Shown here in pieces: positions 10,113-20,017 of a DNA stretch of 64,000 nt. The translations under genes and the position numbers were made by a program. This DNA comes from Sphingomonas sp. (GTDB taxonomy: Bacteria > Pseudomonadota > Alphaproteobacteria > Sphingomonadales > Sphingomonadaceae). The stretch spans positions 2,407-66,406 of the forward strand of contig NZ_JBQCCN010000131.1 of the NCBI RefSeq assembly GCF_051962185.1. The letters are read 5' to 3'. Numbering within the stretch: position 1 is the first letter of the stretch; each line of letters starts with the position of its first letter. The notes beneath the pieces were generated by a model. That model was not told the origin of the DNA, did not search any database, and saw only the letters and a list, made by a program, of their open reading frames with translations.

Positions 10113-11080
10113 GCCACCCCCAGGGCCTGCTCGGCCTGTTGCGCGCGCAACCGCACCCAGGGCGAGGGATCGCGCCGCAGGCGGGCGATGGCCGGCAGGC
10201 CCGCCCTGAGGTCGAGCGATTGGCACGCCCGGATCGCCCGCGCGCGGACGGTCGGCTCGGGATCGTCGAGCAAGTCGACGATCCATCGCGACGCCTTGGG
10301 ATGGCCGATGCGGCTGGCGGCATCGATCGCCGCGACTCGGACCGGCGGATGTGGATCGCGCGCGGCATCGACCAGCAGGTCGAGCGCGGCATAATCCTCG
10401 GTCCAGCCGAGCGCGTCGACCACCAGTGCCCGGATCGGCGCGGGAAGATCGGCCGCGACGATCGCGAACAGTTCGGCCGGCCGCCGTGCCGCGAGCATCC
10501 GGAACAAGGCGCGGTGCAGCGGCGTGATCGGCGCCTCGGCCAGCCGCAATTGCGCGATCAGCGTGTCGGGCGGCGGCAGTCCATCGATCCTGGCCAACGT
10601 GATCGCGGTTTCCAGCCGGACATCCTCGTCCCGCTCCTTCGCCAATGCGTCGCGCAACGTGTCGACCGCACGGGGGCCGCCGATCGTACCGACGAGCCTG
10701 ATCGCCTCGACGCGCTTGCGACGCGAGCCGCGACCGACCTCGCGCATCGCGCGATCGAGCAGATGCTGTTCCTCGACGAACGAGATCAGCCGATCGCGAT
10801 CGTCGCCGCGCACCAGCTGGCCGATATTGCCGATCGCGGCGAGGCGCGCCCGCGGCTGGGCACGATCGAAGGTCGGGCGGGCGATCGACGGGTCGCCGAT
10901 CAGCGCCATGATCTCGCGCGTCAGGTCGCGCATCCGCGCGAGTTCGCGCGCGCGGCCGCGCTCGCGCCGGTCGCGGCGCATCACCAGGAACAGTAACAGC
11001 CCGGCCATGCCCAATGCGCCATAGAGCGAGATCAGTTCGGCCAGCCTGGCGACATGATCGCCCGGATCGATCCCGTGCAT
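10109..11080 (-). CDS. Membrane-anchored HEAT-repeat protein
   Basis: One N-terminal TM helix then repeated D..P.VR..A..AL motifs (ERDEDVRLETA, DPHPPVRVAA, DPEPTVRARA, DPSPWVRLRA). Confidence 0.85.
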   Translation of the reverse strand: MHGIDPGDHVARLAELISLYGALGMAGLLLFLVMRRDRRERGRARELARMRDLTREIMALIGDPSIARPTFDRAQPRARLAAIGNIGQLVRGDDRDRLISFVEEQHLLDRAMREVGRGSRRKRVEAIRLVGTIGGPRAVDTLRDALAKERDEDVRLETAITLARIDGLPPPDTLIAQLRLAEAPITPLHRALFRMLAARRPAELFAIVAADLPAPIRALVVDALGWTEDYAALDLLVDAARDPHPPVRVAAIDAASRIGHPKASRWIVDLLDDPEPTVRARAIRACQSLDLRAGLPAIARLRRDPSPWVRLRAQQAEQALGVA

Positions 11081-11084
11081 CGCG

Positions 11085-12194
11085 TCAGAACCGAAGCTGG
11101 AGGCCCAGCGAAGCTCCGGTTCGCCTGTAGCTCGCCTTGCGTCGTTCGTAATCGACCCCGAGGCGCATCGTCAGCCGGTCGGACAGGTGCAGCGAACCGC
11201 CGGCGAAGGCGGCGTCGACCCGGCGCGTGATCCCGGTCTCGGTGTCGGGATAGGTCGCCGCGCCGGCATAGAGGGTCGCACCGCCGGCGAATTCCTTGTC
11301 GATCCGCGACGACACGCCGGTGCGGTACGTACCCGCTTCGTCCCACATATTGATCATTCGCGCGGTCACGCTGAACCCGGCCGAGCGCCAGTCGATGCGC
11401 GCGCCGGGCTCGAACGCGACGACGGCGACGCCCTTGCCGTACCACGCCCGCCGCACGTCGGCGAGGAGAGTCAGCCCCTGTACGACCGGCGCCTCGACGC
11501 CCGCCGCGACACTGAAACGCTCCCGAAAATCGGCGTTCGGGGTGCCCGCGAAGGCGAGATGACCGAGAAACCCGCCACCGAAGCGATGATCGACGCGCGC
11601 TTCGATCCGCGTGTCGATCATCGTCTGGCGATCCTCACGCTCGGCGGTCAGCGTCGCAACGGTCGTCGGGCCGAGCGGGGCGAAGGCGGCGAGGGTGGTC
11701 GTCGACCAAGTGCGATCCTCGCCGCCGTCGATGGCGACATGCGACAGCGCCTCGCCCAGCGAGATTCCCGACCGACGAGCGGCGGGCGCGTTCGATTGCG
11801 CGGTGATCTGCTTCGCGTCGGCATTGCCCGGGTCCCTCGCCACGATCGCGGCGACCTCGGCGCGCGAGGCGTCGCGATCGCCCGACCAGAGGTAGGCACG
11901 GGCCAGCGCCGCCTTGATGTCGAGGTCGGCGGGCGCCAATTGCTCGGCGCGCCGCAGCGTCGCGATCGCTTCGGGATAGCGATGGTCATAGGCGTAGGCG
12001 CTGCCCAGCAGGCGCAGGATTTCGGGATCGTCAGGATGGGCCGCGCGCGCCGTCTCCAGCGTCGCGATCGCCGCCCGATCGTCCTGGCGCTCGATCGCCG
12101 CGCGAGCGGACGCGATCATCGCCGCGCGGTCGGCCGCCGGTGCGGCGGGCTGGGCCTGGGCAGCGAGCAGCAATGGCAACACCATGGAGGCCAT
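11085..12194 (-). CDS. TPR-containing YaiO-family outer-membrane beta-barrel protein
   Basis: Signal peptide, TPR helices (LLGSAYAY...AIATLRRAEQLAP), amphipathic strands, C-terminal LGLQLRF; start overlaps the REC stop (TGATG). Confidence 0.78.
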   Translation of the reverse strand: MASMVLPLLLAAQAQPAAPAADRAAMIASARAAIERQDDRAAIATLETARAAHPDDPEILRLLGSAYAYDHRYPEAIATLRRAEQLAPADLDIKAALARAYLWSGDRDASRAEVAAIVARDPGNADAKQITAQSNAPAARRSGISLGEALSHVAIDGGEDRTWSTTTLAAFAPLGPTTVATLTAEREDRQTMIDTRIEARVDHRFGGGFLGHLAFAGTPNADFRERFSVAAGVEAPVVQGLTLLADVRRAWYGKGVAVVAFEPGARIDWRSAGFSVTARMINMWDEAGTYRTGVSSRIDKEFAGGATLYAGAATYPDTETGITRRVDAAFAGGSLHLSDRLTMRLGVDYERRKASYRRTGASLGLQLRF

Positions 12195-12571
12195 CAATCG
12201 CCGCGCCCGGATTTGAGGATGGTGCCTACCCGGGCCACCAGTTCGTCGGGGATGAAGGGCTTGGTGAGATAATCGCGGGCACCGGCCTTGAGCGCGGCGA
12301 GCACATCGGCCTGCGCCTTGCGCGAGGTCAACATCAGTACCGGCAAGTCCGGTCGCTCGTCGGCGAGCGAGCGCAATACGTCGGATCCCGACATCACGGG
12401 CATCATCGCGTCGAGCACCACCAGATCGAAATCGCCGCTGCACGCGGCATCCAGCGCGGCCGCGCCATCGCCGAGAATGGTGACGTCGTGGCCCGCCGCC
12501 TCCAGCTTGAAACGCACCAATTCGCCGAGCAGGTCGTCGTCGTCGGCAACCAGGATTCTCGGCATACGCAT
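12194..12571 (-). CDS. Single-domain response regulator (REC only)
   Basis: ILVADDD, VVLDAMMP, LMLTS, DYLTKPF; no output domain. Confidence 0.9.
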   Translation of the reverse strand: MRMPRILVADDDDLLGELVRFKLEAAGHDVTILGDGAAALDAACSGDFDLVVLDAMMPVMSGSDVLRSLADERPDLPVLMLTSRKAQADVLAALKAGARDYLTKPFIPDELVARVGTILKSGRGD

Positions 12572-12722
12572 TCCCCCGCTAGGCGAACGATGATGCGCCT
12601 AGCACGGTGTCGGCGATTTATCTTTGATTAGCGGCATGTTAGCCGCTTTTTGCGATGAGCCGCCGGCCCAGTCCGGCGAGTCGTGAAGCGACCGATGCGG
12701 CCAATTCAGTCAGATGGCGACT

Positions 12723-13307
12723 TCAATGGATCGTCTCGCCCCGTTCGCACATCGCGACGAATTTCGCGATTCGCGCGGCGCGTGTTTCGGGTCTCTTCGC
12801 GGTTTGCACGCGGTAGAGGATGGCGTAGCGATTGGCCCCGACCAGGGTGTCGAAGAACGCCCGCGCCTTGGGCGCCGCGTCGAGCGCCGCTTTCAGGTCG
12901 TCCGGCTCCGCGGCGGTGGAGGCCGGCGCGTAAGCGGCATCCCACCGGCCGTCTGCCATGGCCGCTTCGATCTCCGCCAAGCCGGCCGGCGTCACACGGC
13001 CCTCGGCGATCAGCGCTTCGGCACGCTTGCGGTTGTTCTCCGACCATTTGCTGGTGCGCTTGCGCGGGGTGAAGCGGGTCAGGAACCAGGCCTCGTCATA
13101 TTTGTCGATCTGGCCGTCGATCCAGCCGTGGCACAGCGCGGCGTCGATCGCCTGCGCCTTGGTCAGGCGCGATGCATGGTTCCCCGCCTTGGCGATCTTG
13201 AGCCATACGCCCTTTGCGTTGCCGTCCGCGCTCGCCGCCAGCCATGCTTCCCAAGCCGCCGCGTCGGCGAAATCCAGTATCGGTAATCCGCCCCGTTCGC
13301 TGTCCAT
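12723..13307 (-). CDS. YdeI/OmpD-associated family protein
   Basis: ALCHGWIDG, RFTPRKRTSKWS.NN, VQTAKRPETRAARI motifs. Confidence 0.85.
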   Translation of the reverse strand: MDSERGGLPILDFADAAAWEAWLAASADGNAKGVWLKIAKAGNHASRLTKAQAIDAALCHGWIDGQIDKYDEAWFLTRFTPRKRTSKWSENNRKRAEALIAEGRVTPAGLAEIEAAMADGRWDAAYAPASTAAEPDDLKAALDAAPKARAFFDTLVGANRYAILYRVQTAKRPETRAARIAKFVAMCERGETIH

Positions 13308-13367
13308 CGCGTACTCCTGGCCATCGCTTGCACCCCTCTTGACATCGCTGGCCTTGACTCCTCAATT

Positions 13368-13412
13368 ACTGTGTATCATACAGTGTATGTCACACACTAT
13401 GTGAAGCACAGT
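13368..13412. promoter_or_regulatory. Three overlapping 17-bp imperfect palindromes (probable PadR operator array)
   Basis: ACTGTGTATCATACAGT (13368), AGTGTATGTCACACACT (13382), ACTATGTGAAGCACAGT (13396), 14-bp period, immediately before the padR ATG. Confidence 0.65.
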
Positions 13413-13414
13413 CC

Positions 13415-13756
13415 ATGCCGACCGATGACGACCTGTTCGAGAAATTGCGCATCGAGCTGCGGCGCGGGTCGCTGGTGCTGGCTGTGCTGGGGGCGCTGCG
13501 CGAGGAACGCTACGGCTACACATTGCGCCAGACGCTGGAGGAGGCCGGCCTGCCGATCGACGAGGGCGCGCTCTACCCCTTGCTCCGACGGCTCGAATCG
13601 CAAGGCCTGCTGATCAGCGAATGGCGCGAGGAGGCGAAGCGGACCAAGCGCTTCTACCGCCTGTCGGTCGACGGCACCGACACGCTGGCGGCGTTGCTCC
13701 ACGAATGGAACGCGATTTCCGAATCGATCCTGCGCCTCACCGAAAAGGACATATGA
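13415..13756 (+). CDS. PadR-family transcriptional regulator
   Basis: ELRRGSLVLAVL, YGY, EGALYPLLRRLE, KRFYRLS. Confidence 0.92.
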   Translation: MPTDDDLFEKLRIELRRGSLVLAVLGALREERYGYTLRQTLEEAGLPIDEGALYPLLRRLESQGLLISEWREEAKRTKRFYRLSVDGTDTLAALLHEWNAISESILRLTEKDI

Positions 13757-13757
13757 G

Positions 13758-14726
13758 ATGGACCTGATCGACCGCTATCTCGCCGCGATCGCGCGGCGGC
13801 TGCCCGCCGATAAGGCCGAGGACATCATCGCGGAGATCCGCGACGACTTGCTCACGCGCCAGGAAGCGCGCGAGGAGGCGCTCGACCGCCCGCTCGACAA
13901 GAGCGAGGTCGCGGCACTGGTCAAGGACATGGGCCATCCGCTGATCATCGCCTCGCGCTATCGGCCGCGGCAATATCTGATCGGGCCCGACGCCTTTCCG
14001 TTCTTCGTCATGGCGTTGCGCATCGTCGCGATGTTCCTGGTCGTGGTGTTCGCGATCGATGCCGCCTCCGGCGTGGTGTTCGGTCATGTCGATCCGATCC
14101 GGGCGATCGCCCGCGCCTGCACCGACATCCTGAGCTCGGCGATGCTCGGTTTCGGTACCGTGGTCGCGATCTTCTACGCGCTCGAGCGCGGCGGTTTTCC
14201 GGCCGATTATCTCGCCAAATGGCGCCCGCAGGAATTGCCCGAGGTCAAGGACAAGCAGCCGAGTACCTGGGGGTCGGCGTTCGAAGTCGCGATCGGCGGG
14301 TACTTCATCCTGTGGTGGTGCGGGCTGGTGCCTTTCCCGACCTATTACGGCAATGTCAAAGGGCTGGTGCTGACACCCGACCCGGTCTGGGCGAGCGTCT
14401 GGTGGCCGGTGTGCGCGCTGATGGTCGCGCGGTTGATCTATACGATCGTCCAGTGGCTGCGGCCGCGGTGGAAGGCGGTGCGTGCTGTGCTGTCGGTCGG
14501 GACCGCGGCGGGTGGATTGGCCTTGTGCGGGGTGATCTATCGGGCCGGCCATTGGCTGACCGCGAGCGGGACGATCACCCATGGCGACATCGCCGCCATC
14601 GATCGCAGCGTGAACTTGGCGATCCACTGGGCGATCGTCGTGGTCGGGGCGATCTGGGTGTGGCAATGCCTCCAGGAACTCTGGCTGCTCGCCACGTCGC
14701 GCCCGCCGATGAAGCCCGCCGCCTGA
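13758..14726 (+). CDS. PadR-associated membrane protein (N-terminal helical signalling domain plus about 6 TM helices)
   Basis: LIDRYLAAIARRLP...DIIAEI...MGHP N-terminus typical of PadR partners; coupled to padR. Confidence 0.75.
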   Translation: MDLIDRYLAAIARRLPADKAEDIIAEIRDDLLTRQEAREEALDRPLDKSEVAALVKDMGHPLIIASRYRPRQYLIGPDAFPFFVMALRIVAMFLVVVFAIDAASGVVFGHVDPIRAIARACTDILSSAMLGFGTVVAIFYALERGGFPADYLAKWRPQELPEVKDKQPSTWGSAFEVAIGGYFILWWCGLVPFPTYYGNVKGLVLTPDPVWASVWWPVCALMVARLIYTIVQWLRPRWKAVRAVLSVGTAAGGLALCGVIYRAGHWLTASGTITHGDIAAIDRSVNLAIHWAIVVVGAIWVWQCLQELWLLATSRPPMKPAA

Positions 14727-14803
14727 CTCGACGCCAGCTGGCGGGCGGTCGCGCCGCGATGTAAAAGTGGCGGCGCGCATCGTGCGCGACCGGGGACTGG
14801 CCG

Positions 14804-15319
14804 ATGAAGATTGTGCTTCTTACCGTGCCGCTGCTTCTGTCGGCCGTCGGATCCCCGCCGCCGCCACCGCCACCTGCCGGCCCGGCCTGCAACGTGATGA
14901 TGAGCGTCATCGATCCCGATCCCGGCGGCACTAATGTCCGCAAGGCGCCCGGCGGCGCCGTGATCGCGACCCTGCGCACGTCGCGCAATGTGGACGACTG
15001 GCTGGAAGTGCATATCGTCGCCCAGGACGGCGACTGGTTCCTGATCGATCGCGCCGATCTGGTCGGCGACGACAGCCGGACGGTCTATCGCGGCCGGGGC
15101 TATATGCATCGGTCGGTGCTCGGCGCCGACGGACTGATCAACGGCGAGCCGATCCGCGCGGACCACGATGCCCGTAGCCGGCAGATCCTCGCGTCGGAGG
15201 ACCCCGACCAGCAAGTCCATGTCCTGGCATGCTGGGGCGATTTCATGCAGATCCGGGTCAAGCACGGCATCGGCTGGACCAAATCGCTGTGCCTCAACCA
15301 GCGAACGACCTGCGCCTGA
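14804..15319 (+). CDS. Secreted protein, probable tandem bacterial SH3-like domains
   Basis: Signal peptide, poly-Pro linker, NVRKAPGG...GDWFLI...GYMH and GDFMQI...GW motifs. Confidence 0.6.
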   Translation: MKIVLLTVPLLLSAVGSPPPPPPPAGPACNVMMSVIDPDPGGTNVRKAPGGAVIATLRTSRNVDDWLEVHIVAQDGDWFLIDRADLVGDDSRTVYRGRGYMHRSVLGADGLINGEPIRADHDARSRQILASEDPDQQVHVLACWGDFMQIRVKHGIGWTKSLCLNQRTTCA

Positions 15320-15433
15320 GCCCATCAATTAGGGATCGTCCTGGGGCAGGGGCTCGACACCAATTGTTCCGGCACTGGACCAGTCTCCAGCCGCGCCTTA
15401 GTGGGCCCCCTTCAAACCTGCGGGGAGCGGATA

Positions 15434-15952
15434 ATGGGGGCTTGGGGCGCGATCATCATGGGCTTTTTCGGGTCGGTCTTCGCGACGCTGACTCTGGCCC
15501 TGCAATATCACCTCGGCGGCGCGATGCTGGCGGTGCCGTTGGTGCTGTTTCTCGTCATCGCCGCCCTGGCCGCGCAGACGCTCCGCCAACCCGGGCACGG
15601 CATGGCACCCTCGCCGCGCGCCAGGCGAGTCATCATGTGGAGCAGCATCGGCGAGGGCGTCGGCATTTTCGTCGCCGTCAATCTCGTCCGGAACCTGCAT
15701 CGGCCGGATCTGCTGCTGCCGGCGATGGCGCTGGTGGTCGGCCTCCACTTCCTGCCGATCGCCCGAGCCACACTCTTCAGGCCCTTTTACTGGTTGGGCG
15801 GGGCGCTGATCCTGGCGGCGGTCGCGGGCTTGCTGGCGCCGACGCCGCTCGGCGACACAGTCGCCGGCCTTGCCGCCGCGGGCGCGTTGTGGATCGCAGC
15901 GCTGCTTGCCGTCCGCCGCGATCAGCGGGCTCGCCGCGCCACTATGGCCTGA
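15434..15952 (+). CDS. Hypothetical multi-TM membrane protein
   Basis: About 6 hydrophobic helices, VVGLHFLP motif, GGGAG RBS. Confidence 0.7.
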   Translation: MGAWGAIIMGFFGSVFATLTLALQYHLGGAMLAVPLVLFLVIAALAAQTLRQPGHGMAPSPRARRVIMWSSIGEGVGIFVAVNLVRNLHRPDLLLPAMALVVGLHFLPIARATLFRPFYWLGGALILAAVAGLLAPTPLGDTVAGLAAAGALWIAALLAVRRDQRARRATMA

Positions 15953-16015
15953 CGTTGGCACCCGACATCGCGAGTTAGCGCGGGCGCGAGGGGAAAGCTT
16001 CCTCGCTGAGTGAAG

Positions 16016-17047
16016 CTACGCTGCCCGCTTCTCCAGCGCGTGCGCGGCTTCACCCATCAATTGCGCGATGATGTCGGCGACCGGCTCTTCCTGCTTGACC
16101 ATGCCGACCGACTGGCCCGCCATCAGGCTGCCATGCTCGACATCGCCGTCGATCACCGCGCGGCGCAGCGCCCCGGCCCAATAATGTTCGATCTGGAGCT
16201 GCGCCTCGGCCATCTCGACCGCGCCCTCGTTGAGCGCCTGCGCGACCTCGACCTGCTTGGCGGTGAACAATTCGGTGCCGGCGTTCTTGAGCGCGCGGAC
16301 CGGGATGACCGGCAGGCGCGGATCGATCTGGACGCTGGCGACGGCGTCGCGCGCGCTGGCGCGGAAGAACGCCTTCTTGAAATTGGGGTGGGCGATCGAT
16401 TCGGTCGCGCAGGCGAAGCGCGTGCCGAGCTGGACGCCCGCCGCGCCCATGTCGAGATAGCCGGCGATCGCCTCGCCGCGGCCGATCCCGCCGGCGACGA
16501 ACACCGGCACTTGCTCGGCGACCTCGGGCAGGATTTCCTGCGCCAGCACGCTGGTCGAGACCGGGCCGATATGCCCGCCGGCCTCCATGCCCTCGACGAC
16601 GAGCGCGTCGACGCCCGATCGGATCAGTTTCTTGGCCAGCGCCAGCGCCGGCGCGAAGCAGATCAATTTGGCGCCGTTGGCCTTGATCGCGTCGAGCGAT
16701 CCCGCCGGCGGCAACCCGCCCGCCAGCACGACGTGGCCGACGTCGTGCTTGTTGCAGACCTCGATCAGGTCGAACAGCATCGGATGCATCGTGATCAGAT
16801 TGACGCCGAACGGCTTGTCGGTCAGCGCCTTCGTCCCGGCGATTTCCTTGTCGAGCAACTCGGGCGTCATCGCCCCGCACGCGATCAGCCCGAAACCGCC
16901 GGCATTGGACATCGCCGCGACCAGGTTGCGCTCGCTGACCCAGGACATCGCGCCGCACAGGATGGCGACCTCGCAGCCGAGGAAATCGACGCCGCGCTGC
17001 ATGCGGCGCTGGAGGCGCTCGGCGCCGATCGAGGAAGAAGCATTCAT
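16016..17047 (-). CDS. NAD(P)H-dependent flavin oxidoreductase (nitronate monooxygenase/FabK-like)
   Basis: GAMSWVS, EGMEAGGHIG, AGGIG, GVQLGTRF, MAGQSVG. Confidence 0.88.
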   Translation of the reverse strand: MNASSSIGAERLQRRMQRGVDFLGCEVAILCGAMSWVSERNLVAAMSNAGGFGLIACGAMTPELLDKEIAGTKALTDKPFGVNLITMHPMLFDLIEVCNKHDVGHVVLAGGLPPAGSLDAIKANGAKLICFAPALALAKKLIRSGVDALVVEGMEAGGHIGPVSTSVLAQEILPEVAEQVPVFVAGGIGRGEAIAGYLDMGAAGVQLGTRFACATESIAHPNFKKAFFRASARDAVASVQIDPRLPVIPVRALKNAGTELFTAKQVEVAQALNEGAVEMAEAQLQIEHYWAGALRRAVIDGDVEHGSLMAGQSVGMVKQEEPVADIIAQLMGEAAHALEKRAA

Positions 17048-17092
17048 GACGCCGGCCTAGCCTTGGCCGGGGGTTTGGGGCAAGCCCGCGTC

Positions 17093-17509
17093 ATGCGGCA
17101 GGAAAATACGCGGCTGACCGTCCGGACGCCGGGTCAGGGATTGCACGACTGCACCGACGCGATCTGCCGCTGGGTGGCGGAGAGCGGGATCGCTACCGGC
17201 CTGCTGACGGTCTTCATCCGCCACACCTCGGCGTCGCTCGTTATCCAGGAGAATGCCGCCCCCGCCGCGCGGCGCGACCTCGAACGTTATTTCGCACGGA
17301 TCGCGCCCGAGGGCGGCGAGTATGAGCATGACGACGAAGGGCCGGACGACATGCCCGCGCATCTGCGCGCGGCGCTCACGCAAGCGAGCCTGTCGATTCC
17401 GGTGGTGGAAGGGCGCCCGGCGCTGGGGACGTGGCAGGGCATCTATGTATTCGAGCACCGCCATGCGCCGCATGCGCGGACGCTGGTGCTGCATGTGATC
17501 GGGGAGTGA
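17093..17509 (+). CDS. yjbQ: YjbQ/UPF0047 family protein
   Basis: HTSASLVIQEN, HDDEGPDDMPAH, LGTWQGIY. Confidence 0.88.
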   Translation: MRQENTRLTVRTPGQGLHDCTDAICRWVAESGIATGLLTVFIRHTSASLVIQENAAPAARRDLERYFARIAPEGGEYEHDDEGPDDMPAHLRAALTQASLSIPVVEGRPALGTWQGIYVFEHRHAPHARTLVLHVIGE

Positions 17510-17529
17510 AGGCCGAGCATTGCTATAAC

Positions 17530-17637
17530 CGTCATCCCCGCGAAAGCGGGGACCCATCTCCTGCGTTATCCGCCACTACGTCTGGCGCATTCTGGGCCGC
17601 TGATGGGAGATGGGTCCCCGCGTTCGCGGGGATGACG
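17530..17637. repeat. Inverted pair of REP-like palindromes (family A)
   Basis: CGTCATCCCCGCGAAAGCGGGGACCCATCTC ... GAGATGGGTCCCCGCGTTCGCGGGGATGACG between convergent genes. Confidence 0.85.
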
Positions 17638-17686
17638 CTAAAGAATCAGGCAACTGATCGGAAAGCGTTGCTTGGCCAAGCAGCGC

Positions 17687-18985
17687 TTACGCCGCTTCCT
17701 CCGCATCCAGCCCATAGGCCGTATGCAGCACCCGCACCGCGAGTTCCGTCTCGTCCTCGTGGATCAGCACGCTGACCTTGATCTCGCTGGTCGAGATCGC
17801 CTGGATGTTGATCCCGCGCTCGCCCAAGGTCGTGAACATCTTCGACGCGACGCCGGCATGGCTCTTCATGCCGACGCCGACCACCGAGATCTTGGCGACG
17901 CGGGTGTCGTGGACCAGTTCGTCGAAGCCGATCGCCTGCTTGGCGGCGGTCAGCGCCTGGATAGTGCGCGCGAGGTCGACCGCGGGAACGGTGAAGGTGA
18001 CATCGGTCGATCCGGCATGGCCCGCCGTCTGATGGGCGATATTCTGGATGATCATGTCGACGTTGACATTGGCCTTGGCCAGCGGTTCGAAGATCGCGGC
18101 GACCGATCCCGGCGTGTCGGACACGTTGGTCAGGGTCAGCTTCGCTTCGTTCTTGTCGTGCGCGATACCGGTGATCAGCTGGCGCTCCATGTCGTCGATC
18201 TCCTCTTCGCCCACGATCATCGTTCCGGGCAGCGTGTCCGCCATCGGGGCGTCGTCGCCGGTGAACGACGACAGCACCTGGACGCGGACATTTTCCTTCA
18301 TTGCCAGGCCCACCGAGCGCGTCTGGAGCACTTTCGCCCCGACGCTCGCGAGCTCGAGCATTTCCTCGTACGTGACCTTCTTGAGCTTGCGCGCCCTGGG
18401 CACGATGCGCGGGTCGGTGGTGTAGACGCCGTCGACATCGGTATAGATGTCGCAGCGATCGGCCTTCATCGCCGCCGCCACCGCCACCGCCGAGGTATCC
18501 GAGCCGCCGCGGCCTAGCGTGGTGACGCGGCCCTGTTCGCCTTCGGCGCTGTCGGCGACGCCCTGGAATCCCGGAATCACCGCGACCTCGCCCGAGGCGA
18601 GCGCGCGGCCGAGCGCCTCGGTATCGATCTCCTCGATCCGGGCCGAGGCATGGGCGTCGCTGGTATGGATCGGCAATTGCCAGCCAAGCCAGCTTCGCGC
18701 CGGTACGCCGATCGCCTGGAGCGCGATCGCCAGCAGCCCCGACGTGACCTGCTCGCCCGCCGAGACGACGACGTCATATTCGCGCGGGTCGTAGAGCGAG
18801 GACGCCTCGCGGCAGAAATTGACCAGCCGGTCGGTCTCGCCGGCCATCGCCGAGACCACCACCGCGACCTGGTTGCCGGCATCGACCTCGCGCTTGACGC
18901 GATTGGCGACGCTGCGAATGCGCTCGATGCCCGCCATCGACGTGCCGCCGAACTTCATGACGATACGGGCAGGGGTCGAGGCCAT
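17687..18985 (-). CDS. lysC: Aspartate kinase
   Basis: [32 protein letters not shown], two ACT domains. Confidence 0.96.
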   Translation of the reverse strand: MASTPARIVMKFGGTSMAGIERIRSVANRVKREVDAGNQVAVVVSAMAGETDRLVNFCREASSLYDPREYDVVVSAGEQVTSGLLAIALQAIGVPARSWLGWQLPIHTSDAHASARIEEIDTEALGRALASGEVAVIPGFQGVADSAEGEQGRVTTLGRGGSDTSAVAVAAAMKADRCDIYTDVDGVYTTDPRIVPRARKLKKVTYEEMLELASVGAKVLQTRSVGLAMKENVRVQVLSSFTGDDAPMADTLPGTMIVGEEEIDDMERQLITGIAHDKNEAKLTLTNVSDTPGSVAAIFEPLAKANVNVDMIIQNIAHQTAGHAGSTDVTFTVPAVDLARTIQALTAAKQAIGFDELVHDTRVAKISVVGVGMKSHAGVASKMFTTLGERGINIQAISTSEIKVSVLIHEDETELAVRVLHTAYGLDAEEAA

Positions 18986-19150
18986 GGGACGATCGCGGGT
19001 CCTTGGGTGGAGAAGGGGCGCCTGATAGGAAGGCGCACCCCTCAGCGCAACCGTAACATCCGCAACATTTTCTTTGCCCCGGGATCATTGGGCGACAGCC
19101 GGACGATCGCGATCCTTGCCGCGATCGACCACGGACCCTAGAGCGGGACC

Positions 19151-19876
19151 ATGACGGCAGCGACGACGATCGACCCGCAGGAAGCCGCGCATTTCGGCAA
19201 GCTCGCCAGGGATTGGTGGGACGCAAAGGGCTCGTCGGCGATGCTCCACAAGCTCAATCCGCCACGGCTGGGCTATATCCGGCAGCAGCTCGACGCGCAT
19301 TGGGGCGGCGACATGGCGAGTTATACGCCGCTCGCAGGCAGGAAGGCGCTCGATGTGGGGTGCGGCGCCGGCTTGCTCTGCGAACCGCTCGCCCGGCTGG
19401 GTGCCGAGGTCACCGGGATCGATGCCGCGGCGGAGAATATCGGCGTGGCGCGCGCCCATGCGGTGCAATCCGGGCTGACGATCGACTATCGTACGGGCAG
19501 CGTCGAGTTGCTGGGCGGCGAGCGCTTCGACCTCGTCACCTCGATGGAAGTGATCGAGCATGTCACCGACCCGGCGGCGTTCGTCGCCGGGCTGGCCGGC
19601 GCGCTGGCCGAGCGCGGGATGATGATCCTGTCGACGCCCAACCGCACCGCGCTGTCGCGGCTGGCGATGATCACGGTCGGCGAGGGCAGCGGGATGATCC
19701 CCAAGGGCACCCACGACTGGAGCAAATTCCTGACTCCCGACGAGCTCACCGCGCTGGTCGAGGCGGCGGGGCTGACGGTGGTCGACGTCCGCGGCCTGAC
19801 CTTTTCGCCGGGCAAGGGCTTCGCGGTAGGGGACGACACCAAGCTCGATTATTTCCTGACCGCGGTGCGTGGCTAG
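19151..19876 (+). CDS. ubiG: Ubiquinone biosynthesis O-methyltransferase
   Basis: WWD..G...LHKLNP.R, LDVGCGAG, MEVIEHV, PKGTHDW. Confidence 0.95.
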   Translation: MTAATTIDPQEAAHFGKLARDWWDAKGSSAMLHKLNPPRLGYIRQQLDAHWGGDMASYTPLAGRKALDVGCGAGLLCEPLARLGAEVTGIDAAAENIGVARAHAVQSGLTIDYRTGSVELLGGERFDLVTSMEVIEHVTDPAAFVAGLAGALAERGMMILSTPNRTALSRLAMITVGEGSGMIPKGTHDWSKFLTPDELTALVEAAGLTVVDVRGLTFSPGKGFAVGDDTKLDYFLTAVRG

Positions 19877-20017
19877 GCGATAACCGGCGCCTTCACTCCC
19901 CGACCATCGGCGCGTCGCCCCTCGGGTCGCGTCGGATAAGCGACCCGAAACATTTTCGCCGCCCGCCCGGCGCGCTTGATGTGGCGCGTTCGTGTCGGCT
20001 CCGGTACGGACGCGATC

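Noticed and set aside
13368-13412. Mini CRISPR or tandem repeat
   Set aside because: Overlapping palindromes with no spacers and no cas genes; better explained as operators
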